The notes under the pieces: model-generated
Told to the model about the DNA's origin: nothing
The model's input: only the letters and a program-made list of their open reading frames with translations
Database searches by the model: none
In this document: in pieces, positions 49,725 through 62,277 of the stretch
How the letters are laid out: each line of letters starts with the position of its first letter
Numbering within the stretch: the first letter of the stretch is position 1
Made by a program: the position numbers and the translations under genes
Assembly (NCBI RefSeq): GCF_020745735.1
Contig: NW_026869048.1
Span: 124,001 to 188,000, forward strand
Direction of reading: 5' to 3'
DNA from: Hemiscyllium ocellatum
Lineage: Eukaryota
Length of the DNA: 64,000 bases

Positions 49725-52700
49725 TTGATTATATGTGCAGAAACGGTCAGAGAGGCGGAAACCCTTTTAATCTGAAAAAAATTCAGATGTGAATTTGTGA
49801 TGCCAAGACATATAAGACTATGGGCTAAATAATGGAAATCTTGTTTCAGGCCGTCAAGCATTTGTGTTGGGCAAGTGCGGCCACAACAGGCTGCAGGGCC
49901 TCCTTCGATTTTGTTGTCTTCCACAGTATCGTGGTTAGTGTCCCCGCCTGTCACTGGGCTCAATTCTCTGCTGGGGGGATCGTAAATGGTTTAAACCTGT
50001 CACTCTGTTCCACCGTGAAGGTTATTAATGCCTGGCCTTCCATTCTCGATTGGTTATGTCACAGGACGGACAGTGCTGTCAGAATCAGCTGGGGAAGGAC
50101 TGCAGCTCCTGGGGAGAGAGTGTGTCAGTGAAAGTGCAAACACGTAATTTCTGCAAACTTCACATTGTGTTTCGTGTTGCAATGAAAACCATTATATAGA
50201 GTTGTTCCTGACTGTGTGTTTATATAAAGCAGCAATCTGAGGAAGAAAACAGAGTAAACCCATTCAGATCTGAGTGCAGAAACATTTCCAGCAGCACTAA
50301 TGAGGTTGTACAGCGCAGAACCGCGTTTGGATGCATTGAGCTCGGTTTGTGGGCGCAGCTTGCTTTCACTCGGCTGAGTTGCCAGTGTATAAAGCTATGA
50401 AACATGATACGGATAGTGTTCAATATGATGGTACATTTGCTCATTGGTTCGCACTGCTGGTAAGTCTGTAGGTTAGGTGGATTGGCCGTGTTAAATTCGT
50501 TGATGTGTTCAGGGAGTGAATTCAGTAAGTTAAGTGAGTTAGCCATGGGCAACGCAGTGATAAAGTCAGCAGTCACACGATGCCAGGTTTCATTCCAACA
50601 GGTTTATTTGAAATCACAAGCAAGAGGCATGCCAGGATAGAGACGGGAGCTAGGTCTGGGTGAGATGCTGTTTCAAATGTCCCTGCAGACCTGATCGGCT
50701 GAATTGTACTTTGTGCATTGTTGGGAATCGGTGATTCTATCAGAGAGGACACTGCCAGCGCTTACTGGGCTGCTAAGACATTAGAGACGATGCTGACGGC
50801 GTTTCGTGGGGATGAAATTTTATTTATTTGCGTGTTGGAAAATTTGAAACTGAACCAAGGAAAACCGAATGGAAGTTTTCCAGAGTATTTGAGGTTTTGA
50901 GAGAGTAAATAGGTGGTAAATTCTCTCTTTCAAGTTTGCAAATTTCTGAACGTCAGGCTTTCAAAACCACCGATGTCGGGCAAAGAAATAATGAGAGAAG
51001 AATTTCTGTCACTCTGAGAATCCATTTCCAAATATTTGGAGAGACACATTTCGAGACACAGAAGGAGTGAGTTTCACCAGGAGAGAGACAGCCTGTGGCC
51101 AGGTAAAAGTGTAAATGTGGGGGGTGTGTGCGGGGGGGGAGGGTGGTGTGGGCGGTGGAAGGTGTGAGGAAACAATGTCTAATTTGGACGAATTTAGAAG
51201 TGAAGAAATATCGAAAACGTATGCAGCTGAATAATATTGAGCAAAGAACCATCAGAGTTTTGAAAGATTTATATTAATATTCTACATGAAACATTATAAA
51301 TGGAACTGAGCAGATTTTGTGTATTGTCAAGGAAAGATATTCCATAATGAATAGGAAGTGACCTGTCTCTTGGAGATCGATTTCCTGCTTTAATCCCACG
51401 CCTTAAAGATGGAAGGACAATCGGCATGATGTTGGGTTCATTTGATACCCACTGAAATCTGCCAACGTAACTGAGCATCAAAACTGGCATCTTGTTTTGT
51501 AGTTTAACTTTCTGTTTTTCTCAACAGTATTTTCTTTAAGCTGAAATAAATTCGGAGCAAAACTGAATGCAACATTAAACGTTCCAATGATATAAATCCA
51601 ATTCACTTCCGATCATTGCAATGAACAGAGTGAAGTTGCAGCAAAATTAATAAAATGAAATGAAGAAAACTGCATTTTCGGGAATTTTACCCAGTTCAGG
51701 TTCGGCCATATGAGAAAGCCCATCGAGCTAAAACATCACCTTCACTTCTCTCTCCATATATACTTCTTCACGTGAGAGAGAAACTGTCTGAAGAAATTAT
51801 GCGTCAAGACTAAATATGTGTGTGAATGTGACGGCAATTTCATGTTTGCTGGTTCATTCTGAGACAGTACTGACACGGAATGAATCAAGGACAGGTATTC
51901 CTTCCAAGGACGAGGACAATTCTTTGGATTTTGCTGGTATTATTATTCGCTGAAAGCAGAAACATAATGGTGTGGATTCGATTCCTCTCAGGGACTTTCT
52001 TATCCCCTGGTTGCACCATATGTAATCACATGTGAGCCCCTTTGCATTGGGCTGGAGTGGCCCAGAGGTGAAGGCGACGGGTTGGTCTTTCATTGTGCAT
52101 GTGTGGATTTGAATCCTACTCTGGCTGTTACTTCTATCAAAAACAGCTGTGGTTTTCGTTTGTGCCTGGCATCTTTAGTATACATTGGATGGAGAATCTT
52201 GTTCTTGCCCTTCATTGCACCGGAGATTTGTGATAAATCGAAACCTCATCAAAGTCGAAATAAAGCAAATTGTTTCCATTGTAAGTTATATTGGGATAAT
52301 GAAAAGGAGTGCAAACGTTTCTTTCCTCCTTTCATTCCATCCTGACTTTCTATGAATTTACATCGAATGAAAGCAATACAAATAAGGAGAGATCAGGTGC
52401 AATATTTTATCCAGTTGGATTGTGAATTTTAATGTAACACACCACATAAACTTTTGATCAGTATTTTAAACAGTCAATTGAATTGGAACTGCAGAAAACT
52501 TTTCCAATGAAATGAGCCTTTAATTCTTTCACAACCTTTTGCTGTGTGCATCATACCGGGATCCGTCATCCAGCGTGGTCACCAAGTTGGCAACAATATT
52601 AGATCCACCAATTTTCTTTAGCAACCACAACGTCTGCACATACCCATCTGTGGTGTTCCCAGTGCCATTTGTTGTCTCCAGGCCACAGCACCTTTCTTGT

Positions 52701-52890
52701 TTATGAGCTTATGAGCCTAGTTACTGATCTGTCTGATCAGTTTGAGAAACCTTTTCTCTCACTTAATCCCATCCCCTCAAAATTCGAAACTTATCAACAA
52801 AGTAAGGCATTAGACCAAATGATGCAGTACTGGAAGTCGGCCATTCAGACCATCGAGTCTGCTCGAACACTCAATGAACTCATGGCTGAT
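49725..52890. repeat. right arm of inverted segmental duplication
   Basis: See left arm. Contains the same nested HE1 + pLTR remnant (50440-50690 vs 46920-47260). Confidence 0.85.
49917..49979 (+). pseudogene. tRNA-Asp(GTC)-derived pseudogene (same internal deletion as 47689 copy)
   Basis: TCTTCCACAGTATCGTGGTTAGTGTCCCCGCCTGTCACTGGGCTCAATTCTCTGCTGGGGGGA, with anticodon GTC at 49950-49952. Confidence 0.78.
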
Positions 52891-54259
52891 CTGATAATCT
52901 TCAACTCCATTCTCTTGCATTGCCTCGACAAAGCGTTATCGTCTTTCTGATCTGACTGGCACAGTTTGAAAATGCACAACAACGCAACCTCAACAACAGT
53001 TTGGTAAGGAGTTCCACTGATTCACTGGCCCCTGAGCAAAGAAATGACTCCTCATTTCTGAATTAAATCGGCAAAATCTAATTCTGGGTTCATGTCCTCT
53101 GGTGTTCTCCTCATACCAGAGGGTAAACCACCTGCCCGTAACTACCCTGTCAAGATCCCATGAATATTGAACGTTTATAAATGTTATCATGTGATTATAC
53201 AGGTCCCCTCCGCCTCCTTTGTTTCAAAGAAAATAATCCCAGCCGAACCAATCATTCCACGAAGCTCCGTTTTCTCGTGTGTTGACAATATATCCATAAA
53301 TCTCTGCTGCTCCCTGCAGCGTCCTTACATATTATGAAGGCAGGTGGAGAAATTTATGCGAAGAAATGTTTGAAATTTCAAGCACAGATGGGAACTGGAA
53401 TTTGAAATCAGACAGCGACTGGAATCAGATTTGTCCACACAAGGTCGAAATACAGTAATGATAACTCTGACAAATGAGAATCTAATCATATCCCACTGAC
53501 ATTCAATGGCTTTACTGAAACCAAATTACCCCGTGTAATCGTGGACGATTACATGGGGTAATACTACCCAGAGCTTGTATTTAAGGGGGAAAAATAGGAT
53601 AGAAACTGGCGATATAAACATTTTGACAATAAAATCATGTCCTTTGGTAGACATGTTTATGATCATAAACTCAACTCGTGTCTCCGTGAACCCTACATCG
53701 TTTGCAAGGCACAAATGAGACGTGGAACATAACTCTATTTGCTTCGATGCGTGTCACTTCCATACCACTTAAGGAACTGGACACAGTCCATGACAATGCA
53801 GTCACTTGATTGAACCCTCTTCAATACCTGTAATATTCATTCCCCTTCACCACTAAGGCACAATTGCACCTACAAGATGCACTGGAGTAAGTCATTTGGG
53901 CATTTTTGACAGAACCTTCAAAGCTCAACAGCTGTCCTGACTCTAAGGACAAGGTTGGAAGATGCAACGAAACACTACCATTTGAAAGTTCCCCTCCAAG
54001 GGCCATAGCACCCTGACTTGGAAAGGAATCAGTGATAAACTCATTGGTGAAACGGTCGTGATGGAAAAAGTTGCATACTTCAGCCTTCCATCTTTTATCT
54101 TACAATTTTAAAACGTGTTGATTTATGCGGTGACAGGACTTGTGCTCAGTCCATCAGCTGTTCCCTAATCTGGTGTTTGCTAATTTTCTACTATCATCCA
54201 CAGCCTGTAGTCAACATTAGACAATGTCCGAAAAACCTCTCAATTAACTGATTCCCCCC

Positions 54260-55330
54260 AGGTTAGAGTGGTGTTGGAGAAGCACAGCAGGTCCGGGACA
54301 TCTGAGGAGCAGGAAAAATGAACATTTCAGGAAAGGTCCTTTATCAGGAATGAGATTGGGAGCATATGGGATAGAGAGATAACTGGGAGGAGGGTGGGGT
54401 TGGGGAGAAGGTAGCTGAGAGTGCAGTAGGTGAATGGAGGTGGGCGTGTCAGAACAGAAGGTGGATTGGATTGGTGGGAATGAAGATGCGCAGGTGTGAC
54501 AGGTCAGGAGGACGGTGTTGAGCTGAAAGGTGGGGACTGGGGTAAGGTAGAGAATGGAGAAATGAGAAAACTGTTGAAGTCCAAATTGATGCCATGAGGT
54601 TGAAGTGTCCCAAGGCGGAAGATGAGGATTTCTTCAAGCAGGCATCGGTTGCTGAAGCAGTGGCGATGGAGGAGACCAAGGACATGCATATCCTCGGGAG
54701 AGTGGGAGGGGGAGTTGAAATGTTTGCCATAGGACACTGAGGTTGATTCTTGCGGGTGTCCTGGAGATATTCTTTGATGTGCTCTGTGAGAAGGCATCCG
54801 GTCTCGCCAATTTAGAGTAGACCGCATTAGAAGCAACGGTTACAAGAAATGACATGTACGGAAGTGCAGGTGAATCTTTGTTGGATGTGGAAGCCTCAAT
54901 TGGAGCCTTAGACAGAGATGAGGGTGTAGGTGAGGGTGCATTTTTTGCAATTCCTGCAGTGACAGGGAAAGGTGCCAGGAGGGATGGGTGGATCATTAGA
55001 GACCGTGGACTTTACTAGGCAGTCACAGAGCGAATGGCCTCAGCGGAAAGTGGATAGGGTGGGGAGGGGAACAAATCCCTAGTGGTTGAATCCGTTTAGA
55101 GATGATGAACATGTCAGCGGATGATGCGATTTATGCGGAGGTTGGTGGGATAGAAGATAACGAGCAGTGGGGTTCTGTCCTTGCTGTGGTTGGAGGTGTG
55201 GGGTTCATGGGCGGAGGTACAGAACATGGATGAAATGCGTTGGAGGGCATCTTCAACCACATAGGAGAGGACGGTCTGGTCTTTAAAGAAGGAGGCCATC
55301 TGGTGTGTTATGTGGTGGAAATGGTCCTTT
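54260..55330 (-). mobile_element. 5'-truncated Penelope-like element (RT thumb to GIY-YIG + terminal repeat)
   Basis: QMASFFKD..VVEDALQRISS, CK.C, HFNSPSHSPEDMHVLGLL and LEEILIFRLGTLQPHGIN. Confidence 0.85.
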
Positions 55331-55344
55331 GGGAGCAGAGGGAA

Positions 55345-55520
55345 AGAACAATGACTGCAGATGCTGGAAACCAGAGGTTAGATCAGAGTGATGCTGGAAA
55401 AGCACAGCAGTTCAGGCAGCATCCAAGGAGCAGTAAAATCGACATTTCGGGCAAAAGCCCTTCATCAGGAATAAAGGCAGAGTGCCTGAAGGTTAGAGAG
55501 ATAAATGAGAGGAGGGTGGA
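55345..55520 (-). repeat. Penelope terminal repeat with near-intact HHR (55439-55470)
   Basis: Minus strand TTC-CTGATGA-A-GGGC-TTTT-GCCC-GAA-ATGT-C-GA, with stem III ACGT>ATGT. Confidence 0.75.
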
Positions 55521-55554
55521 TGTAGGGAGAATGAAGTACCGAGTGCAGAACACA

Positions 55555-57110
55555 CCATGATGGCCTCCTTCTTTCGAGACTGCCATTTCCCTTCCCACGT
55601 GGTGAAAGATGCCCTCCGATGCATCTCGTCTACATCCCGCACCTCCGCCCTCTGACTCCACCCCTCCAACTCGTAACAAGGACAGAATCTCGCTGGTGCT
55701 CATCTTCCACCATACCAACCTTCGCATAAACCAAATTACCCACCGACATTTCCGCCACCTCCAAACGGACACCACCACCAGGGATATATTTTCCTCCCCA
55801 CTCATTTCTGCCTTCCCCAAAGACAGTTCCCTCCGTGACAACCTGGTCAGGTCCACGGCCTCCAACAACCCCCAACCCCGTCCTGGCACCTTCCCCTGCC
55901 ATCGCAGGAATTGCAAAACCTGCGCCCACATCTCCTCCCTCACCTCCATCCAAGGTCCCAAAGGAGCCTTCCACATCCACCAATATCATTTATTGTAACC
56001 ACGGTTCCCGATATGACCTCCTCCACATTGGAGAGACTTGAAGCTTCCGAGCAGAGCACTTTACGGAATATCTCTGGGACACCCACACCTATCAATCACA
56101 CTGCCCTGTCGCCCAAAATTTCAACTCCCGCTCCAACTCAGCCGAGGACATGGACGTCCTGAACCTCCTTCACCGTCCCTTCCTCACCACCCGACGCCTG
56201 GAGGAAGAACGCCTTATCTTCTGCCTCGGAACACTTCAACACCAGGGCATCAATGTGGACTTCAACAGTTTCCTCATTTCCCCTTTCCCCACCTTACACC
56301 AGCTCCAAACTTCCAGCTCAGCACTGTCCCCATGTCTTATCCGCCCTGCCAATCTTCCTTTCCAACTATCCACTCCACCCTCTTCCATGACCTATCACCT
56401 TCATCCCCTCCCCAGCTCAACTATTGCCCGAAACGTCGATCTTACTGCTCCTCGTATGCAGTCTGAACTGCTGTGCTTCTCCTTTGGGAGCTGATACAAA
56501 GCAGGTGGAGGAATTGGGAATACAGGATACTGGTAGTGGAAGAGGTTGGGTCTCCTCTACACTGGGACCAACAGACACCTTCTCGCAGAGCGTTTCAGTG
56601 AACATTTCCAGGACTCCCGCAACATTCAACCTGAGCGCCCCAAGACCGAACACATCAAATCCCCTCCACACTCTCCCGACAACATGCAGATCCTGGGCCT
56701 CCTCCACCACCATTCCCTCACCACCCGACGCCTCATCCCCCATGTCGGGACCCTTCAACCCCAGGGCATCAATGTGGTCTTCACCAGTTTCCTCATCTCC
56801 TCACGCCCACCTTATCCGACTTCAAACCTTCCAGCTTGGCACCATCCAACTGACCTGTCCCACCTGTTTACCTCCCTTCCTACCTATCCGATCCACCCTC
56901 TTCTCCGACCTACCACCTTTAACCCCATCTCCATCCATCTATTGCACTCTCAGCTAAATTCTTCCCAGACCCAGTCCTCCTATTTATGTCTCCACCTTTG
57001 AGGCTCCCAGACTTATTCCTGATGAAGGTCCTTTGCCCGGAAAGTCACTTTTTTCTGTAACTCGAATGCTGCCTGACCTGCTATGCTTCTTCAGTACCAC
57101 TCTAATATTG
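55555..57110 (+). mobile_element. two tandem 5'-truncated Penelope-like 3' fragments
   Basis: MASFFRD..VVKDAL, PGTFPCHRRNCKTCAH, LHIGET and RRLEEERLIFCLGTLQHQGIN. A second partial GIY-YIG copy starts at ~56540 (GLLYTGTNRHLLAERFSEH). Terminal repeats at ~56425-56490 and ~57010-57110. Confidence 0.85.
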
Positions 57111-58056
57111 ATTTGAATCCAGCTCCTGCCGTACATACTTCAGTCCAACTGATTTCCCTAACCATTGATCTTCAGAGATCGTGCATGTCGACTCCATGAT
57201 CTCTTTGTCTGTCTACACCACACAGAACGCTCACTGTCATTGTTTCTTCTCCCCAAATTCATTTACACTCATTGGTCTGAATTCAATTCCATTCAGCATT
57301 TTACCTTTCCACCTGATTGATACATCCCAGCAGTCCCTGGCATTTTAACCTTAGTCAACTACACGACCAATTGTTGCATCATCAGCAAAGTTCTAAATCA
57401 TGGCTCCTGCAACTAAGTCTAAACCATTGATCTACATCAGAGTACAGTGGCATTTCACTGGAAACACGCATCCAGCCATGGTTCATTGCTGGTTGGGATT
57501 AACAGCTCCTTATTCTTCCACGGAATGTGGCTATCATTGAATTGAAGAGCATTTGTTGTTAATTCTAATTCACCTTGAACTAAGTCATGGATTAACAACA
57601 TTGTTGTGGGTCTGGAGTCACATGTTGACAGAATTCATTACGGTCGGCAGATTTCCCTTTCGAAGGGACATGAATGAATGGATTTTCAGCAATATAAAGT
57701 TATTTTCGCTGTTCCTGAGATTGGTTTTATTTTCCAGATTTTATTCTTCGAATTTAACTATCAGCAACTGCCACGTTCCAGTCTCCAAATGTTATCATCC
57801 CAATAGATCGCCTCTGCACTAACAAGTCCCTGCTGCATTTCTCCATTCAAAGAATGACATTGTCAATTCAGATTATCACAGATGGAGAGAGAACAGATCG
57901 CGTTTCAATGTTGGAATGGAAGCAATGTACACTGGATTGGATTGTTCAGTGGAGCAAGAGATTGATGTGGAGATGATGTGAGCAAAATCAGTTCTTACTG
58001 TTAAGATAACAAAATGACGCTTTGTTAAGGAAAATCTTTGAGAATGCTTTCACCGT

Positions 58057-58305
58057 GGGTGGCATGGTGGCACAGTGGTTTGCCATGCAGTACCAGAGAC
58101 CGGAGTTCAATTCCCGACTCAGGTGACTGACTGTGTGGAGTTTGCACGTTCTCCCCAAGTTTGCATGGGTGCCCTCCCACAGTCCAAAAATGTGCTGGTT
58201 CGTTGAATTGGCAATGCTAAAACTACCCGTAATATTTGGTGAAGGGGTATGGGTGGGTTGCTTCGGCGGGTCGGTGTGGTCACACTGCAAGTCATCCAAT
58301 CTAAT
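58057..58305 (+). mobile_element. HE1-type V-SINE, near full length
   Basis: A-box gggtggcatggtggcacagtggtt, B-box gagttcaattccc and V-domain. Confidence 0.88.
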
Positions 58306-58439
58306 TCGAATTCTCAGGCTTCCTCTGAGCCAATCCTCAGTGCGGGTTAATGCTGCTGCTGATTGTTAATAATATGATAATTTGAGACGAATATACCTTT
58401 CCACCCCGCCTTTGACCAGAATCACACCCAGCCTCATCA

Positions 58440-58790
58440 TTTCACGTGCTTGGATAGTCAGGTTTTTTTTCCCTGAGGTCGGGGAGTCCAGAACGCGAGG
58501 GCATAGATTTAGATTGAGAAGGGAAAGATATAAACGAGACCTAAGGGGTAGCTTTTCATACAGAGGGTGGCACGTGTATGGAATACGCTGCCAGACGAAA
58601 CGATGGAGGCTGGTGCAATTGCAACATTTCTAAGGTATTTGGATGGGTATATGAATAAGAAGGATTTGGAGGGACATGAGCTGAATGCTGGCAGGAGGAA
58701 TTAGATTGGATTGGGACATCTGGTCGGAATGGACGGATTGGACCGAAGAGTCTCTTTCCATGCTGTACATCTCTATGAGTCTATGATCGC
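58440..58790 (+). mobile_element. CR1 LINE 3' end fragment
   Basis: ESRTRGHRFRLRRERYKRDLRG-type C-terminus and ctctatgagtctatga tail. Confidence 0.8.
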
Positions 58791-58824
58791 GCCTTTACCA
58801 ATCATGTCACTGATGCAACAGAAT

Positions 58825-58910
58825 AGCTTCACGTGCTCATTTCCGACCCCACTTCCGGTTTTGTATTGGCGGCTGCGCCACGACGTTTGTCGAATTCCGG
58901 TTCTTGGAAC
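58825..58910. promoter_or_regulatory. CpG-rich promoter-like patch (E-box, ETS, CCAAT)
   Basis: CACGTG at 58830, CACTTCCGG at 58850, ATTGG at 58865 and a local excess of CpG. No associated gene identified. Confidence 0.25.
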
Positions 58911-59249
58911 TGGGGTTGTGTGACTAACTGAAGCAATGGGTACCTCCTTGTGTGAAAAAGTTTGGGAAGCAACCGTTTTCAAACTCATTGTTATTGAAAC
59001 ATACAATGCACCAATATCCCGCACTCTACCCTGAACATTTTTGTTTCTAGAAATCTATCAAAGTCAATCTTCAACATGCAGTACTTGATGGAACCACCAC
59101 AGCGTCTGGGCATATCGAATTTAAAATTCATCTAATTCTGATTTCCCACATGTCTACTATCGCTCGCCTAATATTCCTATTGTGCATCTGCTACTCTACC
59201 TAACATATCCTCTGTCACTGTGATAATTGCTGGGTTTTTTTTAAATGTA

Positions 59250-60500
59250 TTTCCCTGCATGACTCATTTATGGTTTGAATTTTAAAGTATTCTGCATTGT
59301 GGCCGTAGGAAGCTCGTTGGAATCCGAGTTACTGCATTTTCCTCCTTGTGATTCATGTTGAAGAAACACAGAAAGGAATTAGTTGATTTTACATGACATT
59401 TTCTCAGACATTATGATTTTTTTTCCATCAAACCCCTTTCCTTCTCTCCCTCCTGCAATCACTTACCTTCTTTAAGTACCGCCTCCCATTTCCCTTACAG
59501 TCACTTTCTCATTGACCTCATTCTGTCTGTGCTGCTGTGCTCACTGTTGCTGGGTGACCATGCGCAAATCTCACTATCGGGACCTTCAACCCAGTTGATC
59601 CATTTCTATACCGCGGCTGTGAGATCACTCCTCATGTAGCAGCTTTTACTGACATGGACCAGCGATTATTGAAACATCAGTCACAGGAAAAGGGCACAGG
59701 GCCGCATTGAGGAAAATAAACTTCGTTAAAAAAAAAACACCAGGTTCCGTGGACTTCCACATCATTTATTTCACTTGTTCATTCGGCTCTGGCGAGACTA
59801 TTCTGTGTAGTTATGCAGTTCACATTATAGCAGGGATCTGATCGCACTGCAAACGATGCTGGGGAGATTTCCCAGGATATTGTCTGGGCTGAAGAAGAGA
59901 TATTGAACAAACTGGATTTGTATTTCGTGGAGCAGAGTAGATTGAGGGAGAATGATTAAGATGTACAAAATATAAAGGAGTATGGATAGCTTAGACTGAA
60001 ATGCATGTTTCACTTTGACGGCGATTTCCATCATGAGCAGGCATCGAGTTAAGGTCAGATGCGGAAAGATTACAGTGAATGCGTGGAAATACGTTTGCAA
60101 GCAGTGGGTGGCTGAAATCTGAAACACAGTGCATGCAAGGATCGGAGAGGCAAAATCCACATAACTCTCCGAAGTATTCAGATGTGCATTTGTGATGCCA
60201 AGACATACAAGGCTCTGCATCAAGTGATTTAAAAAGGGGTTCGGATAGTTAAGCGATTATTATTGAGCAATACAGGTACTCAGTTACAAGAGTGGTTATT
60301 AATACCTGTCCTTCCATTCTCGAACGGACATGTCAGACTAAGAACTGTGTTGTGTGAATCAGCGTGGGGGAATGCTGCTGCTCCCGGGGAGACACAATGA
60401 CAGTGACTGTGGAAACACGTGACTTCTGTAAGCTGTACCTAGAGTGTTGGAATGAAAATCATTAGGTAGTTTTGCTCGTAGTGAAGTGTTTACTTATAGA
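59250..60500 (+). repeat. direct copy of the 48370-50230 tRNA-His cassette
   Basis: Shared blocks: cagttgatccattt...tcctca.gtagcagcttttactga.atggac (48917/59590), ggatattgtctgggctgaaga (49516/59876) and gttattaat.cctg.ccttccattctcga (50020/60295). Confidence 0.8.
59257..59336 (+). pseudogene. tRNA-His-derived pseudogene
   Basis: AAGTATTCTGCATTGTGGCCGTAGGAAGCTCGTTGGAATCCGAGTTACTGCA aligns to the 3' two-thirds of tRNA-His. The 5' part is decayed. Flanks match those of the 48371 gene. Confidence 0.8.
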
Positions 60501-61289
60501 AGGTAGCTCAGGAAAATATACATTCTACTATCCTTTCCCCACTCGCCCATACCACGGAATACCGCCACTATGTAGGACAATTTCTCTCTGAGCACCATTA
60601 TCCAGTCCTCTTTGGCCCCCAACACTTCCCCATATTGCACAATTGCACGAAATCTCAGAAGATGCAATGCTACTTGTTTACGATGTCTCTCCTCACTGTG
60701 TAAAGTTCCAGTGATTTATCTGCCTCTCACTCAACTTAGCAAACTGCATTTCCTGCTCACAATGTGATCTCGTCAAGACTGGGGAGAGAAAAACAGAGCG
60801 GGTGACAAACGCGAGTACACCTATGTTCTGTCTGCAAACAGAAAAAGAACTTGAGCTTCTAGATTCCTGTCACTGCAAATTCCCACTGTGTTCCTATGCC
60901 TCCATATCAGTTTGGTCTGCTGCAGAGCTCCCGCATGGCCTGTGCAAGTTGGAAGAGTGGCACGTCATTTCCGAATGAGAGACTGTGCAATCTTCAGTAC
61001 CCAACATGGAGTTCAATCATTTTAGACCCTGTCCATCTTCTTTCACGTTCCTGCCCCATCTACACATACCATTCATTCCAAAGGCGGATGGTTTGGCTCG
61101 AAAATTTGTCCCCAGATGCACTAGACCTGCTGATTTTGTTCCGATATTTCTAAATTTCTTTTGATAACTTTATTCTGTTGCGATTGCCAGCCTTCAGGAA
61201 ACGTGCGTTTGGATGGGATTGTGGTCAGAAGAGATTTATCAACGTGGTGCCTGAGCTCGACCATTCCCCCTGCGAAGATAAGCGAAAGT

Positions 61290-61790
61290 GAGGGCTGCAG
61301 GTGCTGCAGCTCAGAGTCGAGAGTGTAGTGCTGGAAATGCACAGCACGTCAGACAGCATCTGAGGAGTAGAAAAATCGATGTTTCGGGAAAACAACACCG
61401 ACATTCCATTGCCAGCCGATGCCTGGAGAAAGAAAATCTTTTGTTCCACCTTAGGACCCTGCAACCATACGGGATAAATGTGTATTTCAACAGCTTCCTC
61501 ATTTCACCTCCCCCAACATTATCCCAATCCCAAGCCTCCAGCTAGGCACTGCTCTCTGGACGCGGCCATCATTGCCCCTCCGAACTACCACCTTCTACCT
61601 CTCTTCATCCATCTATCGGTTTCCCAGCTACCTGACCACCAACCCCATTCCTCTCCCTCAACCCCGACTCAAAAGCCTCATTCCTGATGAAGGGCTTATG
61701 CCCGAAACATCGATTCTCCTGCTCCTCGGATGCGGCCAGACGTTCTGTGCTTTTAAAGTACTACACTCTCGCCAATGCAAAGATAGATGA
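61290..61790 (+). mobile_element. short Penelope 3' fragment bounded by inverted terminal repeats; HHR at 61681-61713
   Basis: Antisense pLTR at ~61290-61390, then RCLEKENLLFHLRTLQPYGIN, then a sense pLTR with TTC-CTGATGA-A-GGGC-TTAT-GCCC-GAA-ACAT-C-GA (ACGT>ACAT). Confidence 0.8.
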
Positions 61791-62207
61791 GCTCGACTGG
61801 GGCTCTCTATCTGACAGCGGAGAAAGCTGAGAGAGAAATTGATTAACGTGCACAGAAATGGAATAGATATGTTTGACAGGAATAAACTTCTTATGGGAAG
61901 GGTAAATAACCAGGGTTATAGATGAAACGCTACAGGGAGGATGTTCAGTGAAGATTTAGGAAGAATGTTTACAACCGGAGAGGGTTGTTTTTCTGGAACT
62001 CACTGTTTGAACGTGTGGTAAAGCTAAGAGTCATCCAAATATTTCAGGAGTATTTAGCTGAACACTTGAGGAGCTAGAGCATGCACGGATAAGGACCAGG
62101 TACTGGAAGGTGGGGCGAAGATAAACAGATATCTATTGAAAGACTTGAATACTGTAACTTTCGGTGCAGTAAAATGGAGGCTAGCGCAGCTCAGTGGCAC
62201 AATGAAA

Positions 62208-62277
62208 GACGTGGTGGACATCTCCTGCATTGTTAAGATCGCGATTCAGTTTGTGGGTTTGATTCCCGCCAGAATCG
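62208..62277 (+). pseudogene. heavily decayed tRNA-like remnant (Ser/Leu-type 3' end)
   Basis: GACGTGGTGG... and GTGGGTTTGATTCCCGCCAGAATCG resemble the tRNA-Ser(GCT) ends. The middle does not align. Confidence 0.3.
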
